Shown one piece after another: positions 39,766 through 48,967 of a stretch of 64,000 nucleotides of DNA; positions within the stretch are counted from its first letter, which is position 1; each line of letters starts with the position of its first letter. Under the pieces are notes generated by a model that searched no databases, was not told where the DNA came from, and saw only the letters and a list, made by a program, of their open reading frames with translations. This stretch comes from Candidatus Fermentithermobacillaceae bacterium (GTDB taxonomy: Bacteria; Bacillota; Sulfobacillia; Fermentithermobacillales; Fermentithermobacillaceae), in assembly GCA_012842425.1 (NCBI GenBank), contig DUSU01000047.1, positions 1,632-65,631 on the forward strand, written 5' to 3'. The position numbers were made by a program, and so were the translations under genes.

Positions 39766-41040
39766 TTGAGCTTGGTCATTAAAGGTGGCAAACCCCTAAG
39801 GGGAACAGTAAGGTGCGACGGAGCCAAGAACGCCGCCCTGCCAATCATGGCGGGTGCGATCTTGTCAGAGGATATTTCCATTATCGATAACGTGCCGCAT
39901 CTCCGGGACGTGGAGACCATGTCCAATGTACTCAGGTCCATCGGAGTTTCGGTGCGAGTAACCGGTAATTCTGTCTTGATAAACCCCGGCAAGCGGCTGC
40001 GAAACGAAGCTCCTTATGACCTTGTGAGGATGATGCGCGCTTCTTTCTTGATCATGGGGCCTCTCCTCGTACGTTTGGGCGTTGCCTCAGTGCCTTTGCC
40101 CGGAGGGTGCGCCATAGGCCAAAGGCCGGTGGATCTTCACCTCAAGGGGTTCCAAGCAATGGGTGCCCAGATCTCCGTGGAAGGCGGCTTCGTGAGAGCC
40201 CGAGCCGAGAAACTCAGGGGAGCCGAGATCTATCTCGACATCCCTTCGGTCGGCGCGACGGAGAACATCATGATGGCCGCGGTTGGCGCCGAGGGAGTCA
40301 CGGTTATAGAGAACGCCGCGCAAGAACCCGAGATTGTCGACCTCGCCAACTTCTTGAATTCAATGGGAGCCGAGGTTACCGGAGCAGGTACTTCCCGCAT
40401 CAAGGTGGAGGGCGTCAAGAAACTTAGCGGCACCCGCTACAACATTATCCCTGATAGGATCGAAGCTTCCACCTTCCTCATTGCCGGGGCCATCACGCGG
40501 GGCAAAGTGATGGTAGAGAACGTGATACCGACCCATATCAGGTCGGTCCTTGCGAAGCTCAAAGAGAGCGGCGCCTACTTGCTCGAAGGCTCCAGGTCGG
40601 TTGAAATAGAGATGCCCGAGAGGCCGACCCCGGTCAACATCAAGACACTTCCCTACCCGGGATTTCCCACCGATGTACAAGCTCCTTTTATGTCGCTCCT
40701 GGCTATTGGGCAGGGTACGAGCCTGATATCGGAGACGGTTTTCGAAAACAGGTTTAACCACGCCGAAGAGCTCATCCGCATGGGCGCCAAAATCAAGATT
40801 GAGGACTCAAATGCTATCGTTGAGGGAGTGCCGAAACTGAGCGGCGCTTCTCTCCAAGCCACTGACCTCCGGGCCGGGGCTTGTCTGGCATTGGCTGCTC
40901 TTGCTGCCGAGGGTCAGAGCGAGATCTTCGGTACCGAGCACATATACCGGGGCTACAGCGATTTCGCCACGAAACTGCGTCTTCTCGGCGCGGACATCGA
41001 GGAGATCGGCATTCCGAAAGTTGCTTACTCGGAACGGTAA
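39766..41040 (+). CDS. murA: UDP-N-acetylglucosamine 1-carboxyvinyltransferase
   Basis: IKGGKPLRGTVRCDGAKNAALPIMAGAIL... with active-site Cys context LPGGCAIGQRPVDLHLKG. Its position after the ATPase operon and before spoIID is the conserved murAA locus. Confidence 0.9.
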   Translation: MSLVIKGGKPLRGTVRCDGAKNAALPIMAGAILSEDISIIDNVPHLRDVETMSNVLRSIGVSVRVTGNSVLINPGKRLRNEAPYDLVRMMRASFLIMGPLLVRLGVASVPLPGGCAIGQRPVDLHLKGFQAMGAQISVEGGFVRARAEKLRGAEIYLDIPSVGATENIMMAAVGAEGVTVIENAAQEPEIVDLANFLNSMGAEVTGAGTSRIKVEGVKKLSGTRYNIIPDRIEASTFLIAGAITRGKVMVENVIPTHIRSVLAKLKESGAYLLEGSRSVEIEMPERPTPVNIKTLPYPGFPTDVQAPFMSLLAIGQGTSLISETVFENRFNHAEELIRMGAKIKIEDSNAIVEGVPKLSGASLQATDLRAGACLALAALAAEGQSEIFGTEHIYRGYSDFATKLRLLGADIEEIGIPKVAYSER

Positions 41041-41073
41041 GAACATGGACGCTGAGCCAACTCATTTCAGCAA

Positions 41074-41395
41074 CAAGGTTCTTGCAGGCCTGAGATAGGG
41101 TCGAGTTGGAGTACCTCTTGAGTAGATCCCGGCCCTGCTCCGTCAATGAGCAACAAAGCGCGCCACCCTGGCCCACTTGCTTCTCCTCGGTTACAAACCC
41201 AAATGCCTTCATTTCTTCAATCTCGTTGGCTAGTTGTTCAGAGAAGGGGCCGTATAGGTGATACCTGAACACCTCGGTGAAGGGCCATCCTCTTTGCTGA
41301 GCAAGGAAAACTAGTTTCTGTAACTTCTTCCGACCGGCAACGCTCCCTCCTGCTACGTCAATGAGTCTAAGCACCTCGGCGTAGCTCTCAAACAT
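41074..41395 (-). pseudogene. Remnant of a Panacea/DUF4065-like (SocA/GepA-like, antitoxin-associated) gene
   Basis: The first ~105 codons (MFESYAEVLRLIDVAGGSVAGRKKLQKLVFLAQQRGWPFTEVFRYHLYGPFSEQLANEIEEMKAFGFVTE...) look like a Panacea-domain N-terminus (KLQKLxYxAQ). The frame then runs without a stop to 40814, antisense through the 3' 226 nt of murA, so the native C-terminus appears lost. Local GC is about 50%, below the window average. Confidence 0.35.
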
Positions 41396-41553
41396 ACTAG
41401 AACCCCCCTACCTCAATCTTTTCCGCAAGTTCTCACGGCATACTTCATCGGGAACATACACGCGAACCTTGGTTATCCATTGGCTGGCCACTGACCTCAC
41501 AGCGGCAGAGACCTTCGATATTTCCACGTACTTCCCAGCCGAACGGTCCCACG

Positions 41554-41739
41554 CTAAAATGGGGCAAACCGACTATGGTCTCCTCCATGATATGTCAGTG
41601 ACGTAACGCCTAACTGCCGAATGCGTCTCAATCGCTGAAACTCCTTGGTGTCGACAATCGCAAGCAATGTATCTCGCGGCAGTTCGATGAAACCATGAAC
41701 CGGATCTCGAAATATCTTGGGTTGGGAGGTTAGTGCCAC
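41554..41739 (-). pseudogene. Truncated N-terminal fragment of an HD-domain phosphohydrolase (dNTP triphosphohydrolase-like)
   Basis: IFRDPVHGFIELPRDTLLAIVDTKEFQRLRRIRQLGVTSLTYHGGDHSRF matches the N-terminus of HD-superfamily hydrolases up to the His...HD motif region, then stops after 61 codons. None of the three downstream frames continues the domain. Confidence 0.5.
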
Positions 41740-41920
41740 TTCATCTCCTGCCCAAGGGAATTCTGTCTCTCAACTAAGACTCCCTTCTGCTCGAGTCCGA
41801 AGTATCAATATTACGAACGGATGTGTTCCGTGAATCATCCCCGGACAAGTCCTAGAGCTCAAGGAGTCATAATCGCCCCTTATCAGCAATATTATCAAGC
41901 GTCACGAGGAGGTACGGCGC

Positions 41921-42895
41921 TTGAGACGGATCCTTTACTTCCTTCTATTTGTCCTTGGCGTGTATCTGGGGCTACCCGGACCTCGTCCCCAGGGACCTGT
42001 GTTCCCGACCCGGCCGCAAGGAGACGACCCCATCCTCCGTATTGACGTCTACTATGCCGAGAAGGGAACCGTCGTAAGGCTGGACTTGGAAGAGTACGTG
42101 AAAGGGGTTGTGGCTTGCGAGATGCCTGCTTCGGCCGGCCTCGAAGCCCTTAAAGCCCAGGCTGTGCTGGCTCGGACTTACGCCTCGCGCAAAATGCGGA
42201 TCCTCGGAGGTAGTCCAACGCGCCAGGACGCCGACGTGACTTCGGATTACCGCCAGGACCAGGCGTGGGCGCCGGTGGAAGTGCTAAAGGAGCGATGGGG
42301 CGCTGTGGGCTGGTGGCTGAACTGGCCCAAGATTGAGAGGGCCGTTGAGGAGACCCGCGGACTCATCCTCACGTACAACGCTTCTCCGGCAGAAGTGGTG
42401 TTCCATTCAACGTGCGGAGGCAGGACGGAGGCGGCAAAGGATGTATGGATCAAGGACGTGCCCTACCTCCAAAGCATCCCTTGTGATTTTTGCAGCCACT
42501 CGCCCTACTACAACCCCCAAACGGTGACAATATCCCTGTCGCAGGTCTCCTCCGCCTTGGGATCTCTCGGCGTGTCTGTGCCCGTTTCCACGCTTGCATC
42601 AGGTGGCTTTCCGGTTGTCTCCCAGGTGTCGCCAACCGGAAGGATCAAGGAAGTGCTTGTCGGCGGAGAACGTATCCGCGGCCTTGAGTTCAGGATGGCC
42701 CTGGGGCTCCGTTCCACCAACCTATCCTGGACCATCCGCGGGAACAACGCCGTCTTTCAGGTCAAAGGATACGGACACGGCGTAGGGATGTGTCAATACG
42801 GAGCCGACGGCATGGCCAAACAAGGCCGCAACTACAGCGAAATCCTCAGTTACTACTTCCCCGGCACTAAGATCACCGCCATATTCGAAGAATAA
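41921..42895 (+). CDS. spoIID: Stage II sporulation protein D (SpoIID lytic transglycosylase)
   Basis: VVACEMPASAGLEALKAQAVLARTYA...VFHSTCGGRTEAAKDVW...YLQSIPCDFCSHSPYY is the SpoIID signature. TTG start with RBS GAGGAGG. Confidence 0.85.
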   Translation: MRRILYFLLFVLGVYLGLPGPRPQGPVFPTRPQGDDPILRIDVYYAEKGTVVRLDLEEYVKGVVACEMPASAGLEALKAQAVLARTYASRKMRILGGSPTRQDADVTSDYRQDQAWAPVEVLKERWGAVGWWLNWPKIERAVEETRGLILTYNASPAEVVFHSTCGGRTEAAKDVWIKDVPYLQSIPCDFCSHSPYYNPQTVTISLSQVSSALGSLGVSVPVSTLASGGFPVVSQVSPTGRIKEVLVGGERIRGLEFRMALGLRSTNLSWTIRGNNAVFQVKGYGHGVGMCQYGADGMAKQGRNYSEILSYYFPGTKITAIFEE

Positions 42896-43281
42896 TTACT
42901 GTTGGCAGTCATAGTTGTGGAAGGGACCCTGCATGGCCTGAGTCCGGTTGTGGGACCACTGATCCTCCTGGTTACCCGCCTCATCCTGTGCCCTCAAATG
43001 TTGCAGGGAATATAGAGGTGAGGATCGTAAGGAAGACGTGGGATGCTTGAGCAGCCGGCAAACTACCCGACGGATCGGTTGCTGTGACCCTAAGACAGCC
43101 GTGGCGGGGCGCGAATCCGCCTCTCCATCGGCAGCGATGACCGACCCGACGTGGTAGTGCTGGACGAAGATGGGAAGACGGTTTGGAGTCTCCGTGGATA
43201 GCGACCTAACAGAGCGACTTGTACCGGACATCGACGCAGTCCACTGCTCAGGCTCATGGAATGGAAAGGTAGGGCCGGATA

Positions 43282-43647
43282 GTGATGGTCAAAGACTTCG
43301 TTGTAACGCTTTCTCCAGAAGAAGCAGCTTCAGCGATCATCGAGGCTCTGGTGTCGCATGAAGAACCGGTATTCTACCTTTTAGAACATCCGGTAATGTT
43401 GGTGGATAATCACCGGATCCAGTGCTCCTCTGGCGTCATTATCACCTTGGTCTTGGCCAAATGGTTTGTAAGAACAGGTGATTATGTAAATGTAGTCGTA
43501 GTGCTGAGCAATCTGACGGGTGGCTCCACGACAGTGCATTTGTGTACGGGTAGATTCAGGCGATGGTTTCGAGACGTAGATTTTGGTGCCGCCAAAACTA
43601 TGGTCGGAATGGTGGAGAGCGTGCTGGAAAGATACAAACTTGACTGA
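43282..43647 (+). CDS. Hypothetical protein (no recognisable domain) in a low-GC islet
   Basis: A 121-codon ORF in a region of about 47% GC against the ~60% background. No homology was recognised. Confidence 0.3.
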   Translation: MMVKDFVVTLSPEEAASAIIEALVSHEEPVFYLLEHPVMLVDNHRIQCSSGVIITLVLAKWFVRTGDYVNVVVVLSNLTGGSTTVHLCTGRFRRWFRDVDFGAAKTMVGMVESVLERYKLD

Positions 43648-43806
43648 ATCTGCTCTTGAGACTAACAACATGCCTCCCAATTCTTTCTGCGCATCAACGC
43701 ACTCGAACGAAAGCCGCTTGTCTTCGTTAAACGATTTCACTAGCGGTTCGATCCTCACACTTGATACGCAAGTTGTGGAACGTGGGAATGGCATACAGAG
43801 CCTGCC

Positions 43807-44274
43807 TCATAGCGCCTTCACCATTATCAAGCACGGGTTTTGTTCATTCCACAGAGTCGGAAATACCCCAAGTTTGGAAAAACCCAAGGACTTGTAAAAA
43901 GCCACGGTCTGATCGTACTCCGGATAGCGCCCTTCTTCTACCGTCTTCACGTGCAAGTACTTGTACTTCTCTCTTGCGTACGCCTCCAGCGCGAGATACA
44001 GCTTAGTTCCAATGCCTCTCCTGTGGTAGGCCTTCTTGACCCCCATGCAATGTATCTCGCCGGTTTCCGGGCTGCTTTCACTTAGGGTGATAAACCCGAC
44101 TACTTCTTGACCAATCGTCGCTGCCCACAGGGGCAGACCCTTTGATTCCTCGATGAATGCCTTGGTGCTGTCAGGAAGCCCAAACCAGTCCGGCAAGTCC
44201 AAGAGCACTTCTGACGCTATCGTTGCCTTTTCCTCTGGGTCTTGAATCTTTGCGATACTGAGACAGTCTTGCAT
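43807..44274 (-). CDS. GNAT-family N-acetyltransferase
   Basis: Acetyl-CoA-binding motif HRRGIGTKLY (Q/R-x-x-G-x-G/A) and the usual GNAT beta-strand pattern. ATG 44274 lies behind RBS GGGAGGAA. GC is about 47%. Confidence 0.75.
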   Translation of the reverse strand: MQDCLSIAKIQDPEEKATIASEVLLDLPDWFGLPDSTKAFIEESKGLPLWAATIGQEVVGFITLSESSPETGEIHCMGVKKAYHRRGIGTKLYLALEAYAREKYKYLHVKTVEEGRYPEYDQTVAFYKSLGFSKLGVFPTLWNEQNPCLIMVKAL

Positions 44275-44339
44275 GTAAGTTCCTCCCAAGAGAGATAACC
44301 AGCGTCGCTTGAGACTGTCAAGTCTTTCACCAGGCCATC

Positions 44340-45038
44340 ATGCCGGAAGCCGGCGGAAACTTAAATCCGGTACAATATGTGAAGGGCGTCATCTCACTTG
44401 TTTTCGGCATCACCTTCGGCATAAAGCTCATGGAAAAAGGGGAAAAAGGCGCCGAGAAGCTTTACCGGGGACTTGCGGACCGGCTTCCGGAGTTTAAGCG
44501 GATAGCCGAGGAAGAAGACAGCCACGAGAGAGACTTGGTGGGGATAATCGAGGAGGAACGCCTTCAGTTTGTCGGCTCCATGGTCCTCGGCCTAAACGAT
44601 GCCCTGGTAGAACTCACCGGAACTCTGGCCGGTCTTACATTCGCCCTCAAGGACACTCGCCTTATAGCCCTCGCCGGTCTCATAACCGGTATAGCCGCTT
44701 CACTCTCCATGGCGGCCTCCGAGTACCTTTCGGCCAGGACCGAGGAGGATAACGCCCGCGCCCTGAAGTCGGCGCTTTATACAGGAGGCGCCTATGTGTT
44801 TACTGTCGCGTGCCTCGTCCTGCCCTATCTCGTGATCTCAGATTACATCCTGAGCCTTACGTTTACGATTCTCGCGGCAATACTAATAATACTCGTCTTT
44901 ACCTTCTACATCTCGGTGGCCAAAGATCTCCCCCTCAAGGAGAGATTCCTCGAAATGGCCGGCATAAGCCTCGGGGTGGCCGGTATTTCCTTCGTCATCG
45001 GGCACTTCATCAGGCTATTCCTTGGGGTCGATGTTTGA
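44340..45038 (+). CDS. VIT1/CCC1-family iron/manganese transporter
   Basis: EEEDSHERDLVGIIEEERL followed by the VLGLNDALVELTGTLAGLTF motif and about 5 TM helices of the VIT family. Confidence 0.75.
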   Translation: MPEAGGNLNPVQYVKGVISLVFGITFGIKLMEKGEKGAEKLYRGLADRLPEFKRIAEEEDSHERDLVGIIEEERLQFVGSMVLGLNDALVELTGTLAGLTFALKDTRLIALAGLITGIAASLSMAASEYLSARTEEDNARALKSALYTGGAYVFTVACLVLPYLVISDYILSLTFTILAAILIILVFTFYISVAKDLPLKERFLEMAGISLGVAGISFVIGHFIRLFLGVDV

Positions 45039-45522
45039 GTACTTCTCCCCGCCCCTAAGTGCCTGAAGGTGCCATGGAAGGAAACCGATGGTCCGCGGCA
45101 AAGTACATTGAGACAAAGTCTGCCCGAGTCTTCTTGAGGTAGGGCTTTACTTGATCCAGTATGGGATGCTCTTCTTTAGCGGCACCTTTATCGATGTCTT
45201 CAGTTTGCCGGTGCCATTCCGGGCCCTCGGCCTGGCCTTTCCCACCACTTGGGCCAACATTATCGCTCAGAGCCTGGCACCGTCTCCACGACTCTACGCC
45301 GGACTCCTCGGTGTATCCACCGGCTATATCATCTTTGGCCGTGTCTTGTTTGGGATTACGGAGAAGAGAGCTCGTAAGGCTGGCCTGCTATTCAGAGAAT
45401 AGAGAATCATCCCCAGGCTCATTCGTTGAAACTAGACTCCCCTCCGGCTCCGACTCATGTCCGGCTTTCTGCGCATAGTTCCCCCAGATTATGGCAACCA
45501 TACCGGCTGGGGAGGTATCTCA

Positions 45523-46446
45523 ATGGACAGCAACGGTTCATCCCGGAACGGTTCGCCGGAGAATGAGTTGCCGCAGGACAGCTCGACCGGCTCGACCCGA
45601 GATGGTTTGTCCGGGAGCTCATCATCTCGCTATAGCACTTCGCGGCGGTACAGAAGGCGTGCCAACGCCGAGCGCAACTGGCAAGTAGTCCTTCGCGCAG
45701 CGATTATCGGAGCGTACTGTCTTGTTCTCCTTATCGCAGGTCTGTACCTAGGCCACAAGGGCAGGGAACGGCCCGAACCCGATCGGGCTACGCTTATTGA
45801 CGCACCTCAAGTTCAGGACCCCGCGACCTATGCAAACGCGGAGGAACCGCTTGATGGTCTGCCGGATCCGACTGCTCATCCCGTTACGGCTACGGCTGCT
45901 ACGGAGCCCTCCGGCTCGGAGGAGACTCAGCCTCAACCCGCGGGCCAGAGCGGTCAGAATGATTCAGCGACCCACGAGAGTTCAATGACCGGGGAAGAGG
46001 AAGGCCATGACGACACAGACAACACAGAGGGCCTATATGCAGACGACACCTCGATGCCCGCTGCGGCTGGACCGAGGGAAACACCTAGTTGGCCCGTTCA
46101 GGGAGAGGTCGTGGGCGAACCCGGATGGGTCTTCTCAGAGTACCTAAACGAGTGGCGGTATCTTCCCGGAGTGGAGATCGCCGTGGACCCCGGTACCCTT
46201 GTAGTTGCGTCGATGTCGGGCACCGTGAAGTCGGTTACCAATGACCCAGACCTTGGAACGGTAGTGACCTTGGAGCACCCGGACGGTACCACGACTGAAT
46301 ACGGACGGCTTTCTGGGTGCATCTTAGGCGTTGGTGACACAGTGAAGCAGGGTGAGGAGATCGCTCGAACGGACGGCACAACGTTTTACTTCGCCGCCAA
46401 GGTAAACGACGAGGCTGTCATGGTGACGAAGTACTTGACGCCATAG
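45523..46446 (+). CDS. SpoIIQ-like membrane protein with a C-terminal M23/LytM-type domain
   Basis: N-terminal TM helix (VLRAAIIGAYCLVLLIAGLYL), a long Ser/Thr/Glu-rich disordered linker, and a C-terminal LytM-like beta domain (VDPGTLVVASMSGTVKSVTNDPDLGTVVTLEHPDGTTTEYGRL). It sits between spoIID and spoIIID, the position spoIIQ-type genes occupy in Clostridia. ATG 45523 lies behind RBS GGGGAGGT. Confidence 0.6.
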   Translation: MDSNGSSRNGSPENELPQDSSTGSTRDGLSGSSSSRYSTSRRYRRRANAERNWQVVLRAAIIGAYCLVLLIAGLYLGHKGRERPEPDRATLIDAPQVQDPATYANAEEPLDGLPDPTAHPVTATAATEPSGSEETQPQPAGQSGQNDSATHESSMTGEEEGHDDTDNTEGLYADDTSMPAAAGPRETPSWPVQGEVVGEPGWVFSEYLNEWRYLPGVEIAVDPGTLVVASMSGTVKSVTNDPDLGTVVTLEHPDGTTTEYGRLSGCILGVGDTVKQGEEIARTDGTTFYFAAKVNDEAVMVTKYLTP

Positions 46447-46643
46447 AAACGCAGCCGAATCGCCGTACCGCGCTACCCAACGAGCGCTTCGGCCGCTCCG
46501 TGATTTCAGGCGGTTCGAAGCATGGCCCCTTGCCCATCGCCACTCTGTTTCGCCACACTGTGAGGTTTGCGCTTCACCGACCGAATTAACTCAGCACTAG
46601 AGCATAGACATATTAGCGTAAGACGCAGCGAGGGGGCCCTGCC

Positions 46644-46910
46644 ATGAACGACGTAATTTGGAAGCGTGCGATTGAGATAGGCGAATTCATAGGTCAGACC
46701 CACGCCACGGTTCGGGAGACCGCGCGTTCGTTCGGCGTGTCTAAGAGCACTGTCCATAAGGATGTTACCGACCGGCTGCCCAAGATCCGCCCGCAACTGG
46801 CCAAGCTGGTCCGAGAGGTTCTTGACATGAATAAAGCAGAACGCCACATAAGAGGGGGTGAAGCCACGAGGAGGAAGTATCAAGCCGAACAGGCCGAACA
46901 AGCGCTCTAA
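46644..46910 (+). CDS. spoIIID: Stage III sporulation protein D (HTH transcription factor)
   Basis: About 88 aa; the RAIEIGEFIGQTHATVRETARSFGVSKSTVHKDVTDRLPKI helix-turn-helix is highly characteristic of SpoIIID. Confidence 0.85.
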   Translation: MNDVIWKRAIEIGEFIGQTHATVRETARSFGVSKSTVHKDVTDRLPKIRPQLAKLVREVLDMNKAERHIRGGEATRRKYQAEQAEQAL

Positions 46911-47029
46911 CAAGCCCTTTAACAATTACTGCAACAACCCTCTAACGGCACTCCAAGAGAACGACGATATAGCCCGGGGAAGCCACCTGCTGGTTCTTCG
47001 GGCCTTCGATTCTTGAGGAGTGCATACCC

Positions 47030-48037
47030 ATGGGTAGACAGGTCGGCATCGATCTGGGGACCTGTTCGGTCCTTGTTTTCGTGCGAGGCTTGGGAATCGT
47101 AACGAGAGAACCTTCCGTTGTCGCAAAAGAAGTGTCCACGAACAAGATCATCGCAGTCGGTAATGAGGCCAAAAGGATGCTGGGACGGACTCCCGGCACC
47201 ATTGTGACGGTGCGCCCCTTGAGAGGCGGAGTCATCACCGACTACGACGTGACTTTGGCCATGCTTCGTCATTTCGTAAAGCAAAGCGTTCCGTGGTTTC
47301 CACCGGTCAAGCCCGAGCTCCTGATAGCCGTGCCTGCGTCAATCACCCATGTTGAACGGAGGGCAGTCCTCCAGGCCGGCAAAGAAGCCGGAGGCGGCAA
47401 GGTGCATATCCTCGAGGAACCGGTCCTGGCGGCCTTGGGCGCCGGGCTGGATATCGACGGCCCTTCGGGCCACATGATCGTGGATATTGGCGGAGGCACC
47501 ACCGACATAGCCGTCTTGTCTATGCGCGAAATGGTGACCCAGACCTCGACCAGGGTCGGCGGAGATGCGCTTGACGATGCCATCGTCCGCTACGTCCGCC
47601 GGGAGTACAACCTCATAATCGGCGAGCAGACCGCCGAGAGGGCTAAGATGGCCGTGGGCTCGGCGTTTCCCACTGAAAAGAGCGAAGTTGAGATAAGGGG
47701 TCGTGACCTGGTCACAGGGATGCCGCGAAGTCTGGTGCTCGACTCATGGGGAGTGCGCGAAGCCATGAGCGATCCTCTGGCCACAATAGCACATGCGGTC
47801 CGGAGCGTTCTGGACAAGACGCCGCCCGAGCTTCTCGGTGACATCATCGAGCGAGGTATAGTGCTGACCGGTGGCGGGGCCCTGCTCAAAGGCATAGACG
47901 AGTTCATCCGGCGCGAGACCGGTGTGGCCGTCCACGTTGCCGAGGACCCTGTATCTTGCGTTGCCGCCGGCACCAAGACGGCCCTGGAACGCCTGGATGT
48001 CTACGGAGGAAAGCACAGGAAGACCGGCAGAGATTAG
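47030..48037 (+). CDS. mbl: Rod-shape-determining actin homologue MreB/Mbl
   Basis: IGIDLGTCSVLVFV...DIGGGTTDIAVLS are the actin-fold phosphate-1/2 motifs. It follows spoIIID as mbl does in B. subtilis. Confidence 0.9.
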   Translation: MGRQVGIDLGTCSVLVFVRGLGIVTREPSVVAKEVSTNKIIAVGNEAKRMLGRTPGTIVTVRPLRGGVITDYDVTLAMLRHFVKQSVPWFPPVKPELLIAVPASITHVERRAVLQAGKEAGGGKVHILEEPVLAALGAGLDIDGPSGHMIVDIGGGTTDIAVLSMREMVTQTSTRVGGDALDDAIVRYVRREYNLIIGEQTAERAKMAVGSAFPTEKSEVEIRGRDLVTGMPRSLVLDSWGVREAMSDPLATIAHAVRSVLDKTPPELLGDIIERGIVLTGGGALLKGIDEFIRRETGVAVHVAEDPVSCVAAGTKTALERLDVYGGKHRKTGRD

Positions 48038-48201
48038 TCACGCCCCCACCTTTTCCGTGCCGGACAGGAGATTCGGGAGAGCACGGAGCTCAGGAGATCG
48101 CAAAGCAGAGTTTCATGCTAAACGATCAGTTCTATTCCGGTCGATCCCTAGCTCAACTCTTCTCGCGAACCTCCGATATCTAGGTGGGGGGAGAGATATC
48201 G

Positions 48202-48945
48202 ATGCTTCGAGGCATCATTTCGGGCGTCACTGCGATGCGTGCCCAGGTTACAAACCAAGAAGTAATTGCAAACAATCTGGCTAATGTAAACACCGCTGCG
48301 TACAACAAAGACACGACCGTGTTTTCGAGCTTCCGCGACGTCCTGACCATGATGTTTCGCGGAAACGACTTCCCGCAGGCTATAGGCGGGATGTCTTCGG
48401 GTTCTGTTGTTCACGATGTGCAGACAGTGCGGTCCGTGGGACCAATTGAGAATACCGGTGGACTGATGGACGTCGCCCTCCCGGGCGGCGTCTATTTTGC
48501 AGTGGAGACGCCTTCGGGCACTCGGTACACCAGGCGTGGAGACTTTGAGATGTCAGCCGATGGGTACCTTACCCTGGGTGGATACCGGGTGTTGGGCCGC
48601 GGCGGCCCGATCCAGGTAAATGAGTACAGGACAAGGGCCATTAGGGAAGACGGGGCGGTCACTTGTGACGGTCAGGTGGTAGACACTCTGAACGCCTACG
48701 CATTTGCCGACGAAAGCGCCCTCGCCAAGGAGGGGACATCGCTCTATAACGCAGGCAACACCACGCCCGTGCTTCTGGATAATCCGGTGCTCCTCACCGG
48801 GGCTCTGGAGAAGTCCTCGGTTGACCCGGTAACCGAAATGGTGAACCTGATAGCAACAATGCGCGCCTACGAGGCAGCGCAGAAAGCCATTCAATCCCAC
48901 GACGAGACTCTCGGCATGGCGGTCGAGAGAGTAGGGCGCGTCTAA
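48202..48945 (+). CDS. flgF: Flagellar basal-body rod protein (FlgF/FlhO-type)
   Basis: N-terminal rod motif AMRAQVTNQEVIANNLANVNTAAY and C-terminal SSVDPVTEMVNLIATMRAYEAAQKAI, the conserved Flg_bb_rod/Flg_bbr_C pair. Confidence 0.8.
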   Translation: MLRGIISGVTAMRAQVTNQEVIANNLANVNTAAYNKDTTVFSSFRDVLTMMFRGNDFPQAIGGMSSGSVVHDVQTVRSVGPIENTGGLMDVALPGGVYFAVETPSGTRYTRRGDFEMSADGYLTLGGYRVLGRGGPIQVNEYRTRAIREDGAVTCDGQVVDTLNAYAFADESALAKEGTSLYNAGNTTPVLLDNPVLLTGALEKSSVDPVTEMVNLIATMRAYEAAQKAIQSHDETLGMAVERVGRV

Positions 48946-48967
48946 GGGACGAAACGGGGGATAGAAC

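Noticed and set aside
43095-43135. tRNA-3'-end-like sequence (GGGGCGCGAATCCGCCTCTCCA) at the left edge of the low-GC islet, considered as a possible integration-site remnant
   Set aside because: No proper 5-bp T-stem/7-nt loop or acceptor stem could be folded, and there is no CCA context. This is probably coincidental.
45040-45400. ~100-codon stop-free minus-strand frame (…GPEWHRQTEDIDKGAAKEEHPILDQVKPYLKK…) in the VIT-spoIIQ spacer, considered as a gene remnant
   Set aside because: No in-frame start codon until the last few codons and no recognisable similarity. It could be a relic or simply chance in GC-rich DNA.
48100-48201. Sigma-D promoter upstream of flgF (TAAA ... CCGATAT)
   Set aside because: A perfect CCGATAT is present at 48172-48178, but no TAAA lies at the required 15-16 nt spacing. 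The upstream TAAA pairs only with a poor -10 (CGGTCGAT).
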